Below, in pieces: positions 29,591 through 40,945 of a DNA stretch of 64,000 nucleotides (its first letter is position 1; the number at the start of each line of letters is the position of its first letter). The position numbers were made by a program, and so were the translations under genes. Source of the DNA: Deltaproteobacteria bacterium (lineage in GTDB: Bacteria; Desulfobacterota; Desulfomonilia; UBA1062); assembly GCA_018434685.1 (NCBI GenBank), contig JAHDOV010000004.1:348808-412807 (forward strand). Direction: 5' to 3'. The notes beneath the pieces were generated by a model. It saw only the letters and a program-made list of their open reading frames with translations, was not told the origin of the DNA and made no database searches.

Positions 29591-30775
29591 CTATTCCTCG
29601 AGGGCTTTCACGCCGGGCAGCACCTTGCCTTCGAGCATCTCCAGGAAGGCCCCGCCTGCGGTGGATACGAAGTCTATCTTATCCTCAGCCCTGGCTTTAT
29701 GTAGTGCAGCATCTGTATCACCCCCACCCACGATGGTCAATGCCTTTGATGCCGCGATGTTCCTCGTGATCTCCATGGTTCCTGCGGCAAAGGCATCGAT
29801 CTCGAACACCCCCATGGGACCGTTCCAGACGATGGTATTGCAGTCGGTAAGTGCCTCGGCGAACAGCATAGCGGATGCAGGACCAATATCGAGCCCCATG
29901 AGGTCGGAGGGGATCTCCTGGATGGTCCTGGTGAATGCCTCCTGTCCCTCTTTGGGTTCTGCGGCGCAGATGCAGTCGACCGGCAGGTAGAACTTCACCC
30001 CCTGAGCCTGAGCCTTTTCCATGATCGTCCTGGCCGTGTCGACGAGGTCATCCTCCACGAGAGATTTCCCGATATTCTGGCCGAGTGCCTTGACAAAGGT
30101 AAAGGCCATGCCGCCGCCGATGATGATCTTGTCCACCTTTTCCACCAGGTTCTCCAGGATTTCGAGCTTTCCCGACACCTTTGCCCCGCCCACGACCGCG
30201 GCAAAGGGCCTGCTCGGGTTCTCGAGGGCCCTTTTGATGTAGTCCACCTCCCGGATCATGAGAAACCCGGCGGCCTTATCGGCGATATAATCACACACGC
30301 CCACGTTTGAGGCATGGGCCCGATGAGCCGTGGCAAAGGCATCATTCACGAAGCAGTCACCGAGTTCGGCAAGCTGCCTGGCAAAATCCGGGTGGTTCTT
30401 CTCTTCTCCGATATGAAATCTGAGATTCTCCAGGAGCAGCACGTCACCGGGGTTCAACTCGTCCACCATGGCCTTAACCTGGTCGCCTATGCAGTCGGGC
30501 GCCATGTTGACGCTCGTGCCGAGGAGCTCCGAGAGCCTCCGTGCTACCGGTACCAGACTTTTACCCTTCAATACCGCCCCCTTGGGCCGTCCCAGGTGGG
30601 ACATGAGGATGACCTTCCCCCCCTGTTCCACGATGTACTGGATGGTCGGCAGGGCAGCCTTTATGCGTGCATCATCGGTAATGGAGAACGTTTCGTCGAG
30701 CGGTACGTTGAAATCTACCCGGATGAGTACCCGTTTCGATCTCAAGTCCAGATCTTTGACGGACTTAATACCCAT
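29591..30775 (-). CDS. pgk: phosphoglycerate kinase
   Basis: RVDFNVP, MSHLGRPKG, GGGDT motifs. 394 aa. Confidence 0.95.
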   Translation of the reverse strand: MGIKSVKDLDLRSKRVLIRVDFNVPLDETFSITDDARIKAALPTIQYIVEQGGKVILMSHLGRPKGAVLKGKSLVPVARRLSELLGTSVNMAPDCIGDQVKAMVDELNPGDVLLLENLRFHIGEEKNHPDFARQLAELGDCFVNDAFATAHRAHASNVGVCDYIADKAAGFLMIREVDYIKRALENPSRPFAAVVGGAKVSGKLEILENLVEKVDKIIIGGGMAFTFVKALGQNIGKSLVEDDLVDTARTIMEKAQAQGVKFYLPVDCICAAEPKEGQEAFTRTIQEIPSDLMGLDIGPASAMLFAEALTDCNTIVWNGPMGVFEIDAFAAGTMEITRNIAASKALTIVGGGDTDAALHKARAEDKIDFVSTAGGAFLEMLEGKVLPGVKALEE

Positions 30776-30961
30776 AGCGTTTCCTCCTTATGTGGTATAT
30801 GTTGTCGGTGATAACACCACGCAGCTGTTCAGAGAAAGAGATCATTTTGGAGGTCAAGCACGCCACCTTAAAAAAACGACCTCTTTACAAAGTGACCTAT
30901 CTCCAAGTAAATATGACTTTGTATATTATCAAGATGTAATATCTGTCAATGGGATTTCGAG

Positions 30962-31642
30962 ATGAACAGGCACAGGCAGCTAGGCCCGAAGGTGATGGAT
31001 ACCCTGGGAGATCAGTTTCGCTCTCTCGTAGCCAATCTGATCAAGGGCAACCGGAAGAGGGCTCATTCCCTTGCAAAGATCGCCCGGGAAGAGATCCCGT
31101 CTGCAGGGCTCAGCATCGCCGCCCAGAACCTCATCGAGGAGATGGCCCAGGCCCAGGCAATCAAGAACTCGCTGATCAATGTCCCTTCCATCGTTCCGGG
31201 CATCGGCACGTTTCTCTCCGTGTGGCTCATCGGGCTCGAAGACTTCTTTCTCCTGGATCAGAGCGTGACGCTCATCCACGCCCTGTGCATACTTCATGGG
31301 GTAGATCAGGACGATTCGCAGGCCATGGAGGATTTTGCCATTCGGATGATCGGGGAGGTGTATGGGATTACCGGTGTGGATAAGGGGGCAAGCCCCGGTG
31401 TCATCAGCAAGGACTTCATGACCAAGATGCTTCCGCAGAAGTATCTCGATATGGGGATGAACAGGGGTTTACATAAGATCGCCGCCAGGATACTGCCGAT
31501 CAAGAGGCGGTCACGACTGCTGCCGATCGGGATCGGCCTTTCGATGTCGGCATACCATGCCTACCATACGATTGTTTCTGTGGGGCAGCTCTCGCTCAAG
31601 CAGATGCCCCAGCTCAAGCTGGCGGTAGCCGGAGACAGTTGA
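30962..31642 (+). CDS. hypothetical protein, possibly EcsC-like
   Basis: 226 aa. Central G..G..DFFLL...L...LHGVDQDD pattern resembles the EcsC family. Divergent from pgk. Confidence 0.35.
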   Translation: MNRHRQLGPKVMDTLGDQFRSLVANLIKGNRKRAHSLAKIAREEIPSAGLSIAAQNLIEEMAQAQAIKNSLINVPSIVPGIGTFLSVWLIGLEDFFLLDQSVTLIHALCILHGVDQDDSQAMEDFAIRMIGEVYGITGVDKGASPGVISKDFMTKMLPQKYLDMGMNRGLHKIAARILPIKRRSRLLPIGIGLSMSAYHAYHTIVSVGQLSLKQMPQLKLAVAGDS

Positions 31643-31672
31643 GAGGGGGGAGGCCTCGGGCAGATACTCCGG

Positions 31673-32101
31673 TTAGAGCCGGTAGATCTCCTTGTCCCAG
31701 ATTTTCACCCAGTTTCTCTTGAGTACCTCGGTTGCTGCCGTGACGTTGTCCACCTCGAGGATAATGATGGGATTGCTTGCCCTGCCAATGTAGGGATACA
31801 TGGTAATGGCATTGATCTTTGCGTCGCGCAGGGGTTTGAGAACAGCGTTCATGCCGCCGGGGTGATCGGGCATCTCGACAGCAAGCACCTCTGTCTCGAG
31901 GTAGCCGATCTCCTCTGAACTCAGGGCGTTCTTCGCCTTCTTGGGATCATCAACGACAATACAGATGGATGATATCTCGGTGGATTCCTGCCCCACAGAG
32001 ATGGCCCGGATATTGACACCGTGTTTTCCCAGGACATCACTTAAATACGAGAGCTTGCCCGACACGTTTGCGGTCTCTAAACGCAGTTGTTTGATAGCCA
32101 T
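31673..32101 (-). CDS. ACT domain-containing protein (two ACT-like halves)
   Basis: 142 aa; immediately downstream of the 2-oxoacid:ferredoxin oxidoreductase genes. Confidence 0.65.
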   Translation of the reverse strand: MAIKQLRLETANVSGKLSYLSDVLGKHGVNIRAISVGQESTEISSICIVVDDPKKAKNALSSEEIGYLETEVLAVEMPDHPGGMNAVLKPLRDAKINAITMYPYIGRASNPIIILEVDNVTAATEVLKRNWVKIWDKEIYRL

Positions 32102-32104
32102 GTC

Positions 32105-32650
32105 CTATGTCTCCTTTGAAAAAAAATCACATCCTACCAGCAAGGCTTCAATGTTCTTCTGCTTGAACTTTGCTTTTGATTTTCCCAGCATCTTCTCCAT
32201 GTTGTCGAGGATGGTGGACAGCTTGACCTGGCGGGTCCTGGTCACAAAGGCACCGAGCATGACCATGTTCGCGTAGCGTTCTCCGACACTGGCCTTTGCG
32301 AGGTCATTGACCGGGATCTCTACCACCTCGATATCACCCCGTACCGGGCGTTCGGTCACGATGGAGGTGTTGATGAAGACCTCACCGCCTGATGCGCTCT
32401 GGTTCTGGAGTCTCCCCAGGGAGAGGTTGTCCATGATTACAAGATAGTCCGGGGACGAGGCCACGGGAGATGCGATCTCTTCATCGGATATGGCGATCGT
32501 GCAGGAGGTGACACCTCCGCGCATTTCCGCACCGTAGGCGGGCAGATAGGTGACATGGTGACCCTCCAGCATCGCCGCCCAGGCAAAGCACTGGCCCGAG
32601 AACAGGATCCCCTGTCCGCCGATGCCGCTCATGACAGTTTTATGGAGCAT
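32105..32650 (-). CDS. 2-oxoacid:ferredoxin oxidoreductase gamma subunit
   Basis: Start MLHKTVMSGIGGQGIL immediately after the beta-subunit stop (TAG 32653-32655). POR/KOR gamma pattern. Confidence 0.75.
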   Translation of the reverse strand: MLHKTVMSGIGGQGILFSGQCFAWAAMLEGHHVTYLPAYGAEMRGGVTSCTIAISDEEIASPVASSPDYLVIMDNLSLGRLQNQSASGGEVFINTSIVTERPVRGDIEVVEIPVNDLAKASVGERYANMVMLGAFVTRTRQVKLSTILDNMEKMLGKSKAKFKQKNIEALLVGCDFFSKET

Positions 32651-32652
32651 AA

Positions 32653-33408
<756 letters not shown>

Positions 33409-34479
33409 CTACAACTCCTTCTGAAGCCAGTACCGTTCGATAATGCGGGCGAGCTCCTGTGGTGCGGGTACGATACCCCCGGGCCGGCCGTAGAATTCAC
33501 ACGGGACTCTTCCCTCCACAGCCAGACGCACGTCATCTATCATCTGCCCGGTACTCATCTCGAATACCAGGAATATCTTGCTTTTTTTCGCCACAGAGAT
33601 GATTGCCTCATCAGGGAACGGCCAGAGGGTTATGGGGCGAAGCAGTCCCACCTTCAATCCCTGGCTCCTGGCACGTTTGACTGCACCCTTGGCAATCCGT
33701 GCCGCGGTTCCATACGCGATGATCGTCATCTTCGCATCGTCCGTCATGAACTCTTCCCACTGGGGCAGCTCCTGTTTCATGAGATCGTACTTGCGCTTGA
33801 GCTTCCAGTTGTGCTCTTCCATCTCCCGGACATCGAGGATCAGGGACTTGATGATCCGCGAGGGTCTCCCCTGAGCCCCGTCGAGGATATAGTCCTTCGG
33901 TGGAAGATCCTCTGCAGGCCTGATGTATTCATGGGCGATAATGGGCTCCACGATCTGTCCGGTCATGCCGTCTCCGAGTATCATCACCGGGGTCCGGTAC
34001 TTGTCGGCCACATCGAATGTCTGCATGGTGATATCGTAGAGTTCCTGGACCGAGGCAGGGGCATAGACGGGCATACGGTAATCTCCGTGGCCTCCTCCCC
34101 TTGTTGCCTGATAGTAGTCGCCCTGACTCGGGGCAATGTTTCCGAGCCCGGGACCGCCCCTGTTGATATTGACGATAACCGCTGGCAGCTCGAGGGCTGC
34201 CATGAACGAGAGCCCTTCCTGCTTGAGGCTGATGCCGGGAGAGGAGGAGCTCGTCATGGCCCGTGCCCCTGTCGCTGCGGCACCGAGCACCATGTTGATG
34301 GAGGCTATCTCGCTCTCGCCCTGGAGGAAGACCCCGCCGACCTCTTCCATTCTCCGGGACATATACTCGGGTATCTCATTCTGCGGGGTGATGGGGTATC
34401 CGAAGTAACATCTGCATCCTGCCTGCACCGCTGCCTCACTGAGGGCATCGGTACCCTTCATGAGCACCTTTTCATCCAC
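33409..34479 (-). CDS. 2-oxoacid:ferredoxin oxidoreductase alpha subunit
   Basis: 356 aa with GNEA-like N-terminus (LMKGTDALSEAAVQAGCRCYFGYPITP) typical of POR/KOR/VOR alpha. Confidence 0.85.
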   Translation of the reverse strand: MDEKVLMKGTDALSEAAVQAGCRCYFGYPITPQNEIPEYMSRRMEEVGGVFLQGESEIASINMVLGAAATGARAMTSSSSPGISLKQEGLSFMAALELPAVIVNINRGGPGLGNIAPSQGDYYQATRGGGHGDYRMPVYAPASVQELYDITMQTFDVADKYRTPVMILGDGMTGQIVEPIIAHEYIRPAEDLPPKDYILDGAQGRPSRIIKSLILDVREMEEHNWKLKRKYDLMKQELPQWEEFMTDDAKMTIIAYGTAARIAKGAVKRARSQGLKVGLLRPITLWPFPDEAIISVAKKSKIFLVFEMSTGQMIDDVRLAVEGRVPCEFYGRPGGIVPAPQELARIIERYWLQKEL

Positions 34480-34684
34480 GGTACACCTCTATCGCAACTT
34501 CAGGACACATCACGGCGCACAGGGCGCAGCCCCTGCAGGGCTCTTTCACATACTCGGCAGGATGATATCCCTTGTCATTCAGGCTGTCGGAAAGGCATAT
34601 TGCCTCATCAGGACAAACAGTGATACACAGTTCACAGGCCTTGCATAATCCTTGATCGATCTTAATCTTTCCCTTGGCTGCCAT
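34472..34684 (-). CDS. 4Fe-4S dicluster ferredoxin (oxidoreductase delta subunit)
   Basis: Two CxxCxxCxxxCP motifs (CKACELCITVCP; CRGCALCAVMCP). Overlaps the alpha-subunit start by 8 nt. Confidence 0.8.
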   Translation of the reverse strand: MAAKGKIKIDQGLCKACELCITVCPDEAICLSDSLNDKGYHPAEYVKEPCRGCALCAVMCPEVAIEVYRG

Positions 34685-34882
34685 TTTTCCCCGGCCACTC
34701 TTTCTTTGATTTGGCTCGTTATGTAACATCAAAACGCATTTCTGTACAGAAAAGATTTCTTAAGGGATTTCAGGAAGATCTCTACAAAGGACGCAATGGT
34801 TAGCCCGGTTTTCACGGAGTTCCCTTCAGGTGGATCTGCCGCTTCGCTCCAGGGGAAGACAGCGATGTTTTTTGAGGTCAAG

Positions 34883-34912
34883 CCCTTGAAATTTCATACA
34901 CATGCCCTATTA
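34883..34912 (+). promoter_or_regulatory. sigma-32 (RpoH)-type heat-shock promoter upstream of the Hsp20 cluster
   Basis: CCCTTGAAA (34883-34891), 13 nt spacer, CCCTATTA (34905-34912). Close to the consensus CTTGAAA-N13-15-CCCCATNT. About 35 nt upstream of the first Hsp20 start. Confidence 0.6.
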
Positions 34913-34947
34913 GAAAAACTGAAATAAAACCCATGGAGGTGAATGAT

Positions 34948-35385
34948 ATGTTGAGAACAATGAGACCCGGACTTCGATGGGATCCGTGGCGAGAGATGGA
35001 AAGGCTGGAGAGCGAAATGGGGAGCCTGTTCTCCGGTCTGAACAGACCCCGGGCTGCGAAATTCCCGCCCATGAACGTCTTTGCCGGCGAAGCAGACGTG
35101 GTCATCACGTCCGAGATACCAGGGATCGATCTGGCAGACATCGACCTGTCCTTAACCGGCGACACCCTGACCATCAAGGGGAGCCGCAAGCCGCAGGAGC
35201 TTGGGGAGGGTCAGGCCTGGCACCGCAGAGAACGGGGTTCCGGCAGTTTTTACCGGACGATACAGCTTCCGTTCACTGTGGACGGCTCCAAGGTCGAGGC
35301 GGATTACACCAAAGGCATCCTCAAGATAAAGCTCCCGCGTGCCGAGGCTGACAAGCCGAGGAAGATCAGCATAAAGACTGCATAA
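34948..35385 (+). CDS. Hsp20/alpha-crystallin small heat shock protein
   Basis: Alpha-crystallin domain with GILKIKLPR C-terminal motif. GGAGGTGA RBS. Downstream of a sigma-32-like promoter. Confidence 0.85.
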   Translation: MLRTMRPGLRWDPWREMERLESEMGSLFSGLNRPRAAKFPPMNVFAGEADVVITSEIPGIDLADIDLSLTGDTLTIKGSRKPQELGEGQAWHRRERGSGSFYRTIQLPFTVDGSKVEADYTKGILKIKLPRAEADKPRKISIKTA

Positions 35386-35404
35386 CCAGGGGGAGGTGAT
35401 TGGT

Positions 35405-35812
35405 ATGACAACCGAAAACAAAGAACTGGAAAGAACGAAAGAGGCAGCTGAGAATGTGGTTACCGAGAGGACAAAGAACACGGTGACCTACATCCCGAAC
35501 GTCGATATTTTAGAGACCGGCGAAGGGCTTGTTATCCTGGCCGACTTGCCGGGTGCCGGGGAGGATGACGTGAACGTCACCCTGGAAAACAACGTGCTCT
35601 CTATCGAGGCCCGGGTTTCTAAGGAGACGATGGAAGGATACAAGCCTGCGCATATGGAGTACGGCATCGGCGACTACAGCCGCGCCTTCACCATCAATGA
35701 GACCATTGACGGAAGCCGGATAGAGGCAAAGATGAAGGACGGCGTATTGCGCATTGTGCTGCCAAAGGCAGAGTCTGCAAAACCCAAAACAATACCTATC
35801 CAGAAGGGATAG
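35405..35812 (+). CDS. Hsp20/alpha-crystallin small heat shock protein
   Basis: GVLRIVLPKAE motif. Second of three tandem sHsp genes. Confidence 0.85.
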   Translation: MTTENKELERTKEAAENVVTERTKNTVTYIPNVDILETGEGLVILADLPGAGEDDVNVTLENNVLSIEARVSKETMEGYKPAHMEYGIGDYSRAFTINETIDGSRIEAKMKDGVLRIVLPKAESAKPKTIPIQKG

Positions 35813-35833
35813 CGCAGAGAAGGAGGTGGGACT

Positions 35834-36343
35834 ATGGCAATGAAATACATGGCTCCATTCGGGTGGGGCAGGAGAGGTGTTCCTGCCGGCCAGGGAACCG
35901 AGGTACATCCCGTTGACCTGTTCCAGAGGGAGATGAACAGGCTGGTCGATGAATTTTTCAAGGGGTTCGGCATGAGGCCGTTTTCCGAAGACCTGGAATC
36001 CCTCGGTTCGTTCAACCCTCAGGTGGACATGTCCGAGGACGACAAAGCTATCCGGGTCACCGCCGAGCTGCCGGGCATGGATGAGAAGGATATCGAGATC
36101 AATCTGAGCAAGGATACCCTGACCATCAAGGGCGAGAAGAAGTCGGAGTCGGAGAAGAAGGACGAGGAGTCCTACTACATGGAACGTTCCTTCGGTTCCT
36201 TTACCAGGGTGCTCCAGATCCCGGCGGAGGTTGATCCGAACAAGGTCGAGGCTGTATTCAAAAAGGGTGTTCTGAATATCACCCTGCCGAAGCTGGAAAA
36301 GGAAAAGAATGCTCAGAAAAAGATCGAGATCAAGAGCGCGTAG
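35834..36343 (+). CDS. Hsp20/alpha-crystallin small heat shock protein
   Basis: GVLNITLPKLEK motif. Third tandem sHsp. Confidence 0.85.
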   Translation: MAMKYMAPFGWGRRGVPAGQGTEVHPVDLFQREMNRLVDEFFKGFGMRPFSEDLESLGSFNPQVDMSEDDKAIRVTAELPGMDEKDIEINLSKDTLTIKGEKKSESEKKDEESYYMERSFGSFTRVLQIPAEVDPNKVEAVFKKGVLNITLPKLEKEKNAQKKIEIKSA

Positions 36344-36369
36344 AAAAACCGCAACCACCGATTGAGAAA

Positions 36370-36398
36370 GGGGGCGCCTCGCCCCCTTTTTTTTGTTT
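36370..36398 (+). terminator. rho-independent terminator after the Hsp20 cluster
   Basis: GGGGGCgcctcGCCCCC followed by TTTTTTTT. Confidence 0.75.
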
Positions 36399-36403
36399 CC
36401 TGA

Positions 36404-36440
36404 CGAACATCCTTGAATTTACCCGGTCTTGTACCTAGAG
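36404..36440 (+). promoter_or_regulatory. possible second heat-shock-type promoter upstream of clpB
   Basis: CCTTGAAtttacccggtcttgtaCCTAGAGAT; the -10-like element is a weaker match. Confidence 0.3.
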
Positions 36441-36480
36441 ATATAGTAGTGGTTGTGAACACAAGGAGGTAGCGTACTAC

Positions 36481-39120
36481 ATGGATATAAACAAGTTCAC
36501 CCAGAAATCACAGGAGGCTCTGCAGGACGCACAGAACATTGCCGTGCGCTTCGGTCATGTGGAGATGGATGTGGAGCACCTGCTCCTGGCAGTGGTGGAG
36601 CAGGCCGACGGCCTGGTGCCGAGACTGTTTGCCAAGATGGATGTCCCTCTGGGGCCGTTCACCGTCGAGGTCCACAAGGAACTGGAGCGAAGGCCCAAGG
36701 TCTCCGGTCCGGGGGCAGAGGCCGGCAAGGTATATGTCACGCAGCGGTTCAACAGGGTGCTGGTCAAGGCCAAGGACGAGGCCTCCCGCCTCAAGGACGA
36801 GTATGTCTCCGTGGAGCACCTGCTCTTTGCCATGATCGACGAGGGCACAGCGAACCCGGCAGGAAAGATCCTGTCGCAGTTCAAGGTTACCAAGGAGCGT
36901 GTTCTCGGGGCCCTGACCTCGATCCGGGGCAATCAGCGGGTTACCAGCGACAATCCCGAGACCGCCTACGAGGCGCTCGAGAAATACGGCATCGATCTCG
37001 TGGCACAGGCCCAGATGGGAAAGCTCGATCCGGTTATCGGGCGGGATGCCGAGATCAGGAGGGTGATACGGATACTTTCCCGGAAGACCAAGAACAATCC
37101 GGTGCTCATCGGAGAACCCGGGGTGGGCAAGACGGCAATCGTCGAAGGGCTGGCCCAGAGGATTGTCCGGGGAGATGTCCCCGAAGGTCTCAAGGACAAG
37201 ACCATCTTTGCCCTCGATATGGGCTCGCTGGTCGCGGGCGCCAAATTCCGGGGAGAGTTCGAGGAGCGGCTCAAGGCGGTCCTCAGTGAGATAAAGGCGA
37301 GCGAGGGGAGAATCCTCCTCTTCATCGACGAACTGCACAACATCGTCGGAGCGGGAAGGGCCGAGGGTTCCATGGATGCCGGCAACATGCTCAAACCCAT
37401 GCTGGCACGGGGCGAGCTCCACTGTCTCGGGGCAACCACCCTCGATGAATACCGGAAGTACCTGGAAAAGGACAAGGCCCTGGAGCGGCGGTTCCAGCCG
37501 GTCATGGTGGATCCGCCCACGGTGGAGGATACCATATCCATCCTGCGGGGCCTCAAGGAGCGTTTCGAGGTGCACCATGGCGTGAAGATTCAGGACAGCT
37601 CGCTGGTGGCCTCGGCCGTGCTGTCCAACCGGTATATCACGGACAGATTCCTGCCGGACAAGGCCATCGACCTCGTGGACGAGGCCTGCGCCATGATCAG
37701 AACCGAGATCGACTCCATGCCTGCCGAACTCGACGAGGTGACGAGAAAGGTGATGCAGCTCGAGATCGAAGAGGCTGCCCTGAAAAAGGAAAAGGACAAG
37801 GCGAGCAAGGTTCGTCTCGACGAGCTCCGCAAGGAGCTTGGGGACCTGAAGGAGCAGGCCGACACCATGCGTGCCCAGTGGGAGGAGGAGAAGGAATCGA
37901 TCCGCGGGCTCAGCACGCTGCGGGAGGAGATCGAAGAGGTCAAGGTGGAGATCCAGAAGGCGGAGCGGGTCTATGACCTGAACCGGGCCGCCGAACTCAG
38001 GCACGGCAGGCTTCCGCACCTCGAGACGCAGCTTCACGATGCCGAACAGGCCGCAGGCAGGCAGGAAAAGCGACTCCTGAGGGAGCAGGTGACCGAGGAA
38101 GTCATTGCGGATATCATCTCGCGGTGGACAGGGATCCCGGTATCACGACTCGTGGAGGGGGAAAAGGAAAAGCTCCTGAAGCTCGACGAGATTCTTCACG
38201 AGAGGGTCATAGGCCAGGACGAGGCGGTTCAGGCCGTTGCCGATGCCGTTATCCGCGCTCGTTCCGGGATCAAGGACCCTGCGCGGCCGATCGGGTCGTT
38301 CATTTTCCTCGGACCCACCGGCGTCGGCAAGACCGAGCTTGCCAAGACCCTGGCACAGGCGCTCTTCGACACGGAAGACAACATGGTCCGCATAGACATG
38401 AGCGAGTATATGGAAAAGCACACGGTGTCCCGTCTCATCGGCTCGCCCCCGGGGTACGTCGGGTATGAGGAGGGCGGCCAGCTTACCGAGGCGGTGCGGC
38501 GAAAACCCTACTCGGTCGTCCTGTTCGACGAGATCGAGAAGGCACACCACGACGTCTTCAATGTGCTCCTCCAGATCCTCGATGACGGGAGGGTGACGGA
38601 CTCCCACGGAAGGACCGTGAACTTCAAGAATACCGTGATCATCATGACCTCGAACATCGGGTCGCAGGATCTCGTCGAAGGGCTCAACGATCAGGGCGAG
38701 ATCACCGTCAGGGCCCGCGATGCCGTGATGGCCGAGATGCGGCTCCACTTCAGGCCCGAGTTCCTCAACAGGGTCGACGAGGTCGTCCTGTTCAAGGCAC
38801 TGACGCTGGGCGAGATAAAACAGATCGTCGGCCTGCTTATCGAGAACCTCAGGAAGCGGCTCGCTGAGCGGGAGATCGGCATTGTGCTGAGCGACGCGGC
38901 TAAGGAGTTCATTGCCCGGGAGGGGTTTGATCCGGTCTATGGTGCGCGTCCGCTGAAGCGGTTCCTGCAGCGGGAACTGGAAACCCGCCTCGGCCGGGCC
39001 CTCATCTCGGGTGAGATCATGGACGGGTCCGAGGTGGTCGTGGATCTGAAAGATTCACACCTGGTCTTCAAGGTAGAGCATCCTGCAGGTGGCGACATGG
39101 CCGCGCAGCAGGGTGGCTGA
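36481..39120 (+). CDS. clpB: ATP-dependent chaperone ClpB
   Basis: 879 aa with two AAA+ modules (GEPGVGKT; [15 protein letters not shown]), a coiled-coil middle domain and Clp_N repeats. Confidence 0.95.
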   Translation: MDINKFTQKSQEALQDAQNIAVRFGHVEMDVEHLLLAVVEQADGLVPRLFAKMDVPLGPFTVEVHKELERRPKVSGPGAEAGKVYVTQRFNRVLVKAKDEASRLKDEYVSVEHLLFAMIDEGTANPAGKILSQFKVTKERVLGALTSIRGNQRVTSDNPETAYEALEKYGIDLVAQAQMGKLDPVIGRDAEIRRVIRILSRKTKNNPVLIGEPGVGKTAIVEGLAQRIVRGDVPEGLKDKTIFALDMGSLVAGAKFRGEFEERLKAVLSEIKASEGRILLFIDELHNIVGAGRAEGSMDAGNMLKPMLARGELHCLGATTLDEYRKYLEKDKALERRFQPVMVDPPTVEDTISILRGLKERFEVHHGVKIQDSSLVASAVLSNRYITDRFLPDKAIDLVDEACAMIRTEIDSMPAELDEVTRKVMQLEIEEAALKKEKDKASKVRLDELRKELGDLKEQADTMRAQWEEEKESIRGLSTLREEIEEVKVEIQKAERVYDLNRAAELRHGRLPHLETQLHDAEQAAGRQEKRLLREQVTEEVIADIISRWTGIPVSRLVEGEKEKLLKLDEILHERVIGQDEAVQAVADAVIRARSGIKDPARPIGSFIFLGPTGVGKTELAKTLAQALFDTEDNMVRIDMSEYMEKHTVSRLIGSPPGYVGYEEGGQLTEAVRRKPYSVVLFDEIEKAHHDVFNVLLQILDDGRVTDSHGRTVNFKNTVIIMTSNIGSQDLVEGLNDQGEITVRARDAVMAEMRLHFRPEFLNRVDEVVLFKALTLGEIKQIVGLLIENLRKRLAEREIGIVLSDAAKEFIAREGFDPVYGARPLKRFLQRELETRLGRALISGEIMDGSEVVVDLKDSHLVFKVEHPAGGDMAAQQGG

Positions 39121-39126
39121 TCCTGA

Positions 39127-39166
39127 TTTTATAGCCGGGGGGATACTCCCCCCGGTATAAAAAACC
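39127..39166. terminator. bidirectional rho-independent terminator between clpB and the convergent hydrolase gene
   Basis: ttttatagCCGGGGGGAtactCCCCCCGGtataaaaaa. Confidence 0.7.
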
Positions 39167-39263
39167 TCCAATTTGAGCCAGCTAACATCCTCACACCGTG
39201 GGATACAATAGATAGGTATCTTAATTAAGGACACAATCGGTTTTGTCAAGAGGGAGGATCTCT

Positions 39264-40031
39264 TTACAGCTTTTCCTCGATAAAAGAGTAGATCTTGTTG
39301 CGGTACCCATGGGCGTGACAGGACAGGAATGCCTCGATATGGCCGACCCCGTCGAGCAGCATGAGCTCTTTGGGTTCTGCTGAAACCTCGTGCATTCTTA
39401 TGGAATGTGAATAGGGAACGACCGCATCGTTGGTGCCGTGAATGAAGAGCTTGGGCACCTGGCTTAAGGGGAGGGTCTCCAGGGCGGAGAATCCCTCGTC
39501 CGGGACCGTGCACTGCAGTTGGGGATACGCCTGGATAAACAGGTCATGGAAGGAGTAGAGGCCGGCCTCGAGGATCGCCCCCCTGAGGGTGGGGAAATCA
39601 GGGAGGATCCTTGCCAGGGTATAGGCCCCCATGGACTGGCCGAATCCGAAGATGGCTTTTCCGTATTTTTCCGGGTTGTCAAAGACGTGAGCGAATACCG
39701 TGCGGGCGTCGTCCTGTATCCCCCTGAGCGTGGGGTTTCCCGCAGACCTTCCATAGCCGCTGTAGTCGAAGGTCAGGAGGCTGTAGCCCATATCGAGCAG
39801 GAAAATGGCGCCGGTGATGTGCGATGTCATGTTCTCTGCATTGCCATGGAGATGGATGATGGTGGCCTGCCTGGCGTTTGGGGTTTTCGGCCGGACGAGC
39901 CAGCAGTTGATCCGGTCGTTCAGGAAGAGGTCTTCCTTGGGATACCCGTGGTCTTGAGGGTCGTAGTACAGGAAATGATCAGGATAGAAGCAGTGTTCTT
40001 CGGTAATGACCATGGGGAAAGTATAGTGCAT
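39264..40031 (-). CDS. alpha/beta-fold hydrolase
   Basis: Nucleophile elbow GQSMGA, Asp and His in the expected order (HGTNDAVVP...GVGHIE). Confidence 0.75.
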   Translation of the reverse strand: MHYTFPMVITEEHCFYPDHFLYYDPQDHGYPKEDLFLNDRINCWLVRPKTPNARQATIIHLHGNAENMTSHITGAIFLLDMGYSLLTFDYSGYGRSAGNPTLRGIQDDARTVFAHVFDNPEKYGKAIFGFGQSMGAYTLARILPDFPTLRGAILEAGLYSFHDLFIQAYPQLQCTVPDEGFSALETLPLSQVPKLFIHGTNDAVVPYSHSIRMHEVSAEPKELMLLDGVGHIEAFLSCHAHGYRNKIYSFIEEKL

Positions 40032-40094
40032 GCGGGGTATTCATGCAAGGGGCGTATTGACCGGTGGTAGGCCTGGTATGCTATAGTAGTCTGC

Positions 40095-40838
40095 GTGACT
40101 GCCGTGGTGACACTACTGTCTGATTTCGGTACGCGCGATGCCTATGTCGCGCAGGTGAAGGCCCGAGTACTGAGCGCCAGACCGGATGTGCAGCTTGTTG
40201 ATATCACGCATGAAGTCCTTTCCTATTCCATGATTGCCGGCGGCTGGCTCGTATATACCTCGTATGCTTATTTCCCTGCGGGGACAATTCACCTGGCCGT
40301 TGTCGATCCCGGCGTCGGGACCGGCCGTGCTGTCATCCTCGTCAGGAAGGCCGGGCATATCTTCATCGGTCCGGACAACGGCCTCTTCTCCTTCCTCTAT
40401 CCGGCAGACGAGGTCCTGGAGGTGGTCTGGAGACCCCCCGGTCCGATCTCCCCCACCTTTCACGGCCGGGATATCTTTGCCCCCGTGGCAGTGCAGGTGC
40501 TCATGAATCCCACGTGCGACGGGCTCGGCACCGTGCTTGAAAATCCCGTGACGATCGAGGTGCACGAGCCCATGGTGGTCCAGATCGACCGCTTCGGGAA
40601 TATTGTGACCAATATCCCGGGGCCCGGCTTGAGCCCGGGCAGTTCGATGCGTATGGGAAAGGCACGCATCGAAGACCGTGCGCAGACCTATGCCGATATA
40701 CCCGGGGGCGGACTCGCCATGGTGCTGGGCAGTGCCGGTACCATCGAGGTGGCGATGAACAGGGCTAGTGCCGCCGAGGTCACCGGTGCGTACGTGGGGA
40801 TGCCGATTCAGCTGGATTTTCCAGGCCCCCATACCTGA
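40095..40838 (+). CDS. SAM hydroxide adenosyltransferase family protein (DUF62; fluorinase/chlorinase-like SAM hydrolase)
   Basis: GTG start. N-terminal VVTLLSDFGTRDAYVAQVKARVL pattern and C-terminal beta-barrel domain typical of PF01887. Confidence 0.65.
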   Translation: MTAVVTLLSDFGTRDAYVAQVKARVLSARPDVQLVDITHEVLSYSMIAGGWLVYTSYAYFPAGTIHLAVVDPGVGTGRAVILVRKAGHIFIGPDNGLFSFLYPADEVLEVVWRPPGPISPTFHGRDIFAPVAVQVLMNPTCDGLGTVLENPVTIEVHEPMVVQIDRFGNIVTNIPGPGLSPGSSMRMGKARIEDRAQTYADIPGGGLAMVLGSAGTIEVAMNRASAAEVTGAYVGMPIQLDFPGPHT

Positions 40839-40880
40839 GAGATCTTCTGTTGGAAAGGGCATGAAAGTGTTACCCATGTC

Positions 40881-40901
40881 CTGAACCTGTTCAGGTTTTT
40901 T
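40881..40901 (+). terminator. rho-independent terminator after the SAM hydroxide adenosyltransferase-family gene
   Basis: CCTGAAC-ctg-TTCAGG followed by TTTTTT. Confidence 0.65.
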
Positions 40902-40945
40902 CCTTACACCTTAAACCCTATACCTCGGGCCTGTTTCATTTCAGA

